Positions 58,505 through 64,000 of a stretch of DNA of 64,000 nucleotides are shown in pieces. Position 1 is the stretch's first letter; each line of letters starts with the position of its first letter. The notes under the pieces were generated by a model. The model was not told where the DNA came from. It saw only the letters and a list, made by a program, of their open reading frames with translations, and did not search any database. This stretch comes from Prorocentrum cordatum. Lineage: Eukaryota. A program made the translations under genes and the position numbers. Where the stretch lies: assembly GCA_963575745.1 (NCBI GenBank), contig CAUYUJ010000182.1, positions 1-64,000 on the forward strand, in the 5' to 3' direction.

Positions 58505-60240
58505 CTCTAGAAGTACAGCTTGCATTTATTCTTGATTTTTCCCCCGGGCTGTGCCCGCACAGCTTCGGGGGAAAAATGCGCGATGCCAGTTCTGCGTCGT
58601 CTTGGAGGCTTCTGGGGCCGTCTGGGAGGCCTGCCGGGTGAACGTGAGGCCGTCTTGGACCCTCTCGGGCCGTCGTCGAGGCCATCTCGGACCATCTTGG
58701 GCGAGCTCGGAGGCAATCTGGAACTCCCTTTTGGGTCATCTTGGACGCTCTAACGGGTCGCGGCCCTCCTATGCGAATCAACTAGACTTGATAAGGGAGA
58801 ACGCGCATTGTCGTGGACTGCCCTGGACGTTGAGCTTTGTACGCATTCCGGAGTTTTCCCCCGAGCTGTGTCCTCGCAGCTTCGGCGGAAAAATGCGCGA
58901 TGCCAGTTCTGCGTCGTAGTAGGAGAGCAGGGGGAGAGGAGGAATAGTAGGACGAGGAAGAGGAGAAGGAGGAGGAGGAGGAGGAGGAGAACGAAGAGGA
59001 GGAGGAGGAGGAGGAATACGAGGAGCAGGAAGAGAAGGCAATAGTCAAAAGCAGAGGGGACGTGCCCACCCCATGCGAATCAACTAGCCTTGATCAGGGA
59101 CCCCCGCGTATTGTCGTGGACTGCCCTGGAAGTGCAGCTTTCATGTATTCCGGATTTTTCCCCCGGGCTGTGCCCGCACAGCTTCAGAGGAAAAATGCGC
59201 GGTGTCAGTTCTGCGTCGTAGTAGGATGGCCGTCGGAAGGCCGAAAAGAAGAAAAAATACAAACCTTCCAAACACGTTTGGGTAATCAATGATTTTGGCC
59301 TCTTCGGGGCTTCCTGGAGAACCTCTTGTTGGCCTCTTGGGCCGTCTTGGAGACCTCTGGGGCCGTCTTGGAGGCTTGTTGTGTGAACGCGGAGGCGTCT
59401 TGGATCCTCTTGGGCCGTCTTCGAGGCCATCTTGGACCATCTTGGGCGAACTTGGAGGCAATCTGGAACCCTCTCTTTGGCCACCTTGGGCGCTCTAGCG
59501 GGTCGCGCACCCCCATGCGCATGTATTGTCGTGGACTGCCCTGGAAGTACAGCTTCCTACTGATTCTTGGATTTTTCCCCCGAGCTGTGTCCGCGCAGTA
59601 TCGGGGGAAAAATGCGCGATGCCAGTTCTGCGTCGTAGTAGGAGAGCGGAGGGAGAGGAGGAAGAGTAGGACGAGAAGGGAAAGGAGGAGAAGGAGGAAA
59701 ACGAGGAGGAGGACGAGGAGGAAGAGCAGGAATACGAGGAGCAGGGCGCGGAGGCAATAGTCAAAAGCAGAGGGGCCGCGGCTCCCCATGCGAATCTAAA
59801 TAGCCTTGATCACGGAAAAGACGTACTGTCGTGGACTGCTCTGGAAGTACAGCTTTCATTTATTCTGGATGTTTCCCCTTGGCTGTGTTCGCACAGCTTC
59901 GGGAGAAAAATGCGCGGCGTTAGTTCTGCGTCGTAGTAGGATGGCCGTCGGAAGACTGAAAAGAAGAAAATACACAAACCCTCCAAACATTTTTGGTAAT
60001 CAATGATTTTGGCCTCTTCGGGGCCTCCTGGAGAACCTTTTGTTGGCCTCTTGGGCCGTCTTGGAAGCATCTGGGGCCGTCTTGGAGGCTTGTTGTGTGA
60101 ACGAGGAGGCGTCTTGGACCCTCTTCTTGGGCCGTCGTCGAGGCCATCTTGGACCATCTTGGGCGAACTCGGAGGCAATCTGGAACCCCCTCTTGGGTCA
60201 TCTTGGACGCTCTAACGGGTCGCGGTCCCCCATGCGAATC
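58505..60240. repeat. Composite higher-order repeat (~720-bp period built from ~300-430-bp subunits)
   Basis: The block ..GGACTGCCCTGGAAGTACAGCTT..AAAATGCGCGATGCCAGTTCTGCGTCGT occurs five times. The block GGCCATCTTGGACCATCTTGGGCGAACTCGGAGGCAATCTGGAAC occurs three times (~58680, 59425, 60142). Confidence 0.9.
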
Positions 60241-62115
60241 AACCGGCCTCCTGCTCCATAGTGGTCTGGTCACTTCCGCCTGAGCCATCCTCGCAACTCT
60301 AGATTCAGAGACGCCCTGAGCTCAGGTATTCAGGCCGTTTCGCTTGAAGCATTCTCGCAACTCAAGGTTCCCAGATGCTGAACTCGGAGATGCATTGACC
60401 CAAGGTTGTCCGGCCACTTACGCCGCGATTTGCATGTAATGACTCGCATATACTGCGTGTCTCGTATATGCGCCGCCACTTGCCAAAATTACAGGTTCAC
60501 TTGATTACCCATTTATGTGATAACAGGTTTGCCAGATACCTTGTTTGCCCGATGACGGGTTTGCCATATAACAGGTATGCATCATACAACACGTTTGCAT
60601 GATAGCATGGCTGCATGATAACATGTTTGCCAGATGACGGGCTTGAGAAAGTACAGGTTCGCTTGACGACGCGTGTCCGTGATTGGCAAGGCACGGACTT
60701 ACGGTCTCACGTACCCTCTTCCTACAAAACCCAATCGCACACCTCCCTCCCGCATACAGACACGACTATCCATGACTATAGCAAACGCAGCATGATGACG
60801 ATGTAAAAAAGCTGCGGCAAGCGCGTCGTACGCGATTACGCAGCGCGCGTTCCTTGCGCACGCAGTGCGTTCAGCGCGTCGTACTCTCGCGTTCGCGCGA
60901 CCAAAGTTCAGCGAAATATTGCAGGCGCGCGTCGCCGCGCGCCCTGCCGTTGCTCGCGGCGCTTCGTCGCGCGCGCGCGCGAATGCGACGCGTCGAGCCG
61001 CGCATTCGACTTCAAACCGCGCCTGGCGCATATGCGTTCGACGTGCTTTCTCGTTTGGCGTGTTATCGTCGGGTATTTCTTGCTGAAGTTCCAACAGTAG
61101 CAGCAAGGGTGCCCGACGACGCTCCAAACGGTAGAACGCGTCGAACACGTATGCGCCCAACGCGCGCCGTTGCGAACCGCGCGGCGTTGCGTCGTTTTCG
61201 CTCGTTCGCCCCAAGTAGCGAGGCTGGCAACCGCGCTCGGTTGCACCGCGTAGCGAGCGCTACGTTTCGCGCGGTCGGCGCATCCAACTACACAGCCCCC
61301 GACGAGCCTCGGGTGCCCGCGGGGCGCGGCGGATTTATTACAGCTCACGCGCTGAGAAGCCCATGCGGGGATGGCGGATACGTTTGTCTCTGCGTCTTGG
61401 GGGGGTTCTTTGGTTACTTGGGGGTCTCTTTGGGGAGCCTTTGGGAGCTTGACTTTGGGCGAAGGCGTTTCTAGGAGAGCGTGGACCCCAGACAGTGAAT
61501 CAAACACGCAGAAACAACATGCTCTGGTAGGCCAAATACTTGAAACACAAACACCATCATTAACACTGACACTTGCGGCATGACACGAAGTGCAAGCCAT
61601 GACCAGTTGGATTCGAAGACGCGTGGTGTCAGATATTCGGTGTGATTCCAAGCCCACATTATGTATTCTGCTGCCGTTTTGGTTGTACAGCTAAGCCTCG
61701 TGCTTTCTGGCGCCGTGCAGATCCAATCCATGTCTGACATCGATGGTGCTTCTCCGGTCAATGAACTTGGTGACGCCAGGGCCGCCGACGTTGACGGCCC
61801 GCGCCCCCCTTGGCGTCGTCGCATGGGGCCGCTCGTGCTTGGCCCACTGACATGTTTCCTGATCGTGGCCGGCCCTGGATGCCATTGGGCTAGACTGTTC
61901 CAGCGCGAGGAGAGGGCACATTTGGGGAGGCCGCTGCGCGACAACCACGTCGTTGGACTCATCGTCGGACATTGGCAATTCTTCCAGGAGGTCCCTGAAA
62001 ATTCGTAGTTCCTAGATGAGCTGAGGTTGCTCCAGGCTGCCGTGCGCCGCGGAAAGGGCAGGAGGTTTGTTTTTTTCTAACATATGTTGCGAGGGCCAGG
62101 TTTACATTTCATGAT

Positions 62116-64000
62116 GTGGCAGATTTCCGCGAGCAATCTCCAGGAGAACTGTTTCAGAGACTATTGCCGTTGCAGGGAGAGTGCCCAGAAGGTGGAGTGA
62201 CTACTTGTGGCGAGTGGGTTCGATTGATGTGTGACGCTCAGAATGGTGGCAAAGCGCTCCCCGTGGAGGTGGCGAGGCTAGGATATCATGTTGCTACGTC
62301 GGCAGAGGGTTCAGACTGGTACTTTTGGCATGCCACTGCGTTGGGATGGGGCTTCTCTCGGCGACCCGTCATCGGCAACGCGCCCACCCTCAGGCAAGTG
62401 AATCACGTCATGCAGGAGTTTGGGCCATTCGATTTTGATCGCTTCGAGTCTGCATTCTTGGACCTGCCAGGGGCGGTAACCCACGACTCCAGGAGCAAGC
62501 CTGTTCGAACAATTCTTGATTGGTTGGACGCGACGCGAGACTTGAAGCAAATGCGGATGAAGGATGCAGCTTGTGAAAAATGGAATAAGATCATCAGTGG
62601 AGCACGCGAGGTTGAAAACGCGCCGATTGAGGAGACGGTGGGCTACAATGTGTTGCGGTACGCTCGGGTACGGGTCGACTGCGTGGCCATGTTGTTGTGG
62701 AGGGAGCGGTTCGCCAGGCTCGACGGCGACGGATTCGATATACATTTGCACAGCGATGGGTCACCACAATGGGCTGGGGTGGAATTGTTCGCGTCCACGT
62801 TCGATATATTGACACCTTGCGCGCAGGGCCCGAGCAAGTATCATGTGGACAGGCGCCTGCTTCCGTTGATCAGCATCGGCATGTCAATGTTCAGTGCGCT
62901 TGGGAAGTGTTTCGCGCTCCTCTGGCAGGTCTTCCTCATAGCTGGGCCGCGCTTCGAAGATGTTCGCAAATTTCTTAACATAGTACGCTCGCTGACAGTT
63001 GACTTCGGCACTGAGCGGTTGCTGGCGGATTACGAGGACGTCCTGCCGTGGTTCTTCGGGTCCTGAGGCGGCGTGGTGCCGTCGAGGTTTTCGCAATTCA
63101 GTCATTTGCTGCCGCGTTGCTTGTTGGCTCCAGGGTGGCGGCGCACGGTGGATCGCATCATCGGGCGAACGCGTGGCGGCTTGCCTGTCTTCCCCCTCTT
63201 TCTCCGCAGAGTCAAAGCCATCAACAATTTCGCGAGGCACTATAGGTTGGATTTGACACGGCTGCTCAAGGATGTGGAGGCGTTCGGCGCGGCCGATCTT
63301 GTGCAGACTGCGTCTTTGCCATATTTTGCGGAGTGGAGGTGGGGAACTTTACATGGCGTCTTGAAGTCGCTCGAATCCTGCATCGCGGCCGTCGTGGCGT
63401 CGATTGACCTCGGCGCGTTTATCAAGTGGCAGACGGCAACCAAGATGGTCAAAGACGTCCAGGAGGCATTCGGATCGGGGCAGTTTCACATTGAATTGAA
63501 GTTCGTGGTGTGGTTTACCAGTTGGTTGACTGAGTTGCAGAATGCAGCGACGTGGTGTCCTTGTCATTTGGGAGCTTGCAAGAGGAAGGAGTACCCTGAC
63601 TGCAACATGCGAGGCCGTATACTGCCAATCGTTCCGGATATCAGATCACATTTCCTTGCTGAATCCATTGCTACGATAGAACAGTGGACGATCACGCAGT
63701 GGAGAGATGCAAATACATTGAGGCTTTTGCAAGGCAGCGCGCGGTGGGCGCACGGCCTGATTCTCGAGGTCGCACGGTTTGCAGATATGATCCCGCACCT
63801 TTTCAGCCGACTTGATCAGCCTCATGTGAAGGAGGAGTGCGTTCGCCAGTACACGTCGGAAAGCCACGACCAGCATCATAGAGTTTCGCAGTATTTCATG
63901 GACCCCGCTGGCCCCATGCGGCGACTAGTTGATGAGGTATCGGAGGCAGGTGAGATCAACGATGAGCATCTCAAGAGGGAGGTCGAGTCCGTCGCCAACA
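62116..64000 (+). mobile_element. hAT-like DDE transposase, one in-frame TGA (63064-63066), truncated by window end
   Basis: Motifs HSDGSPQ and SLTVDFGTE, then in the same frame after the TGA: LLAPGWRR, FAEWRWGTL, WCPCH, CNMRGR. The frame stays open to 64000. The order matches the D / TD / C(W)xxH / RW layout of hAT-type transposases. Confidence 0.65.

Overview
Eukaryotic, GC-rich, repeat-laden DNA. It looks dinoflagellate (Prorocentrum-like, inferred): genes sit in single-strand blocks, exons are short with GT/GC/GA donors in an AG|G context, and introns are filled with (CAT)n/(GGA)n microsatellites and minisatellites. From ~4 to 28 kb is a minus-strand block containing a decayed CACTA/Plavaka-like DDE transposase, an intronless hypothetical ORF, several spliced hypothetical genes and a catalytically degenerate C5-DNA-methyltransferase-like gene, with arrays of the palindrome CAAACGTTTG at several points. 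From 30.5 to 39.5 kb is an intronless, frameshifted plus-strand polyprotein relic with SGNH-esterase-like and Tpt1/KptA-like motifs. From 42.65 kb onward is a multi-exon pepsin-like aspartic protease gene (DTGS motif; 3' part not found in the window). Its introns hold a 90-bp satellite, an introner-like TIR/TSD element and MITEs. Downstream of its last identified exon come a ~101-bp satellite, a 10-copy ~310-bp AT-rich array with conserved fold-back GC cores, a ~720-bp higher-order repeat and a hAT-like transposase running off the end. Most listed ORFs are artefacts of GC content and repeats. Family assignments come from motifs recognised by eye, not database searches. Exon boundaries are approximate unless stated.
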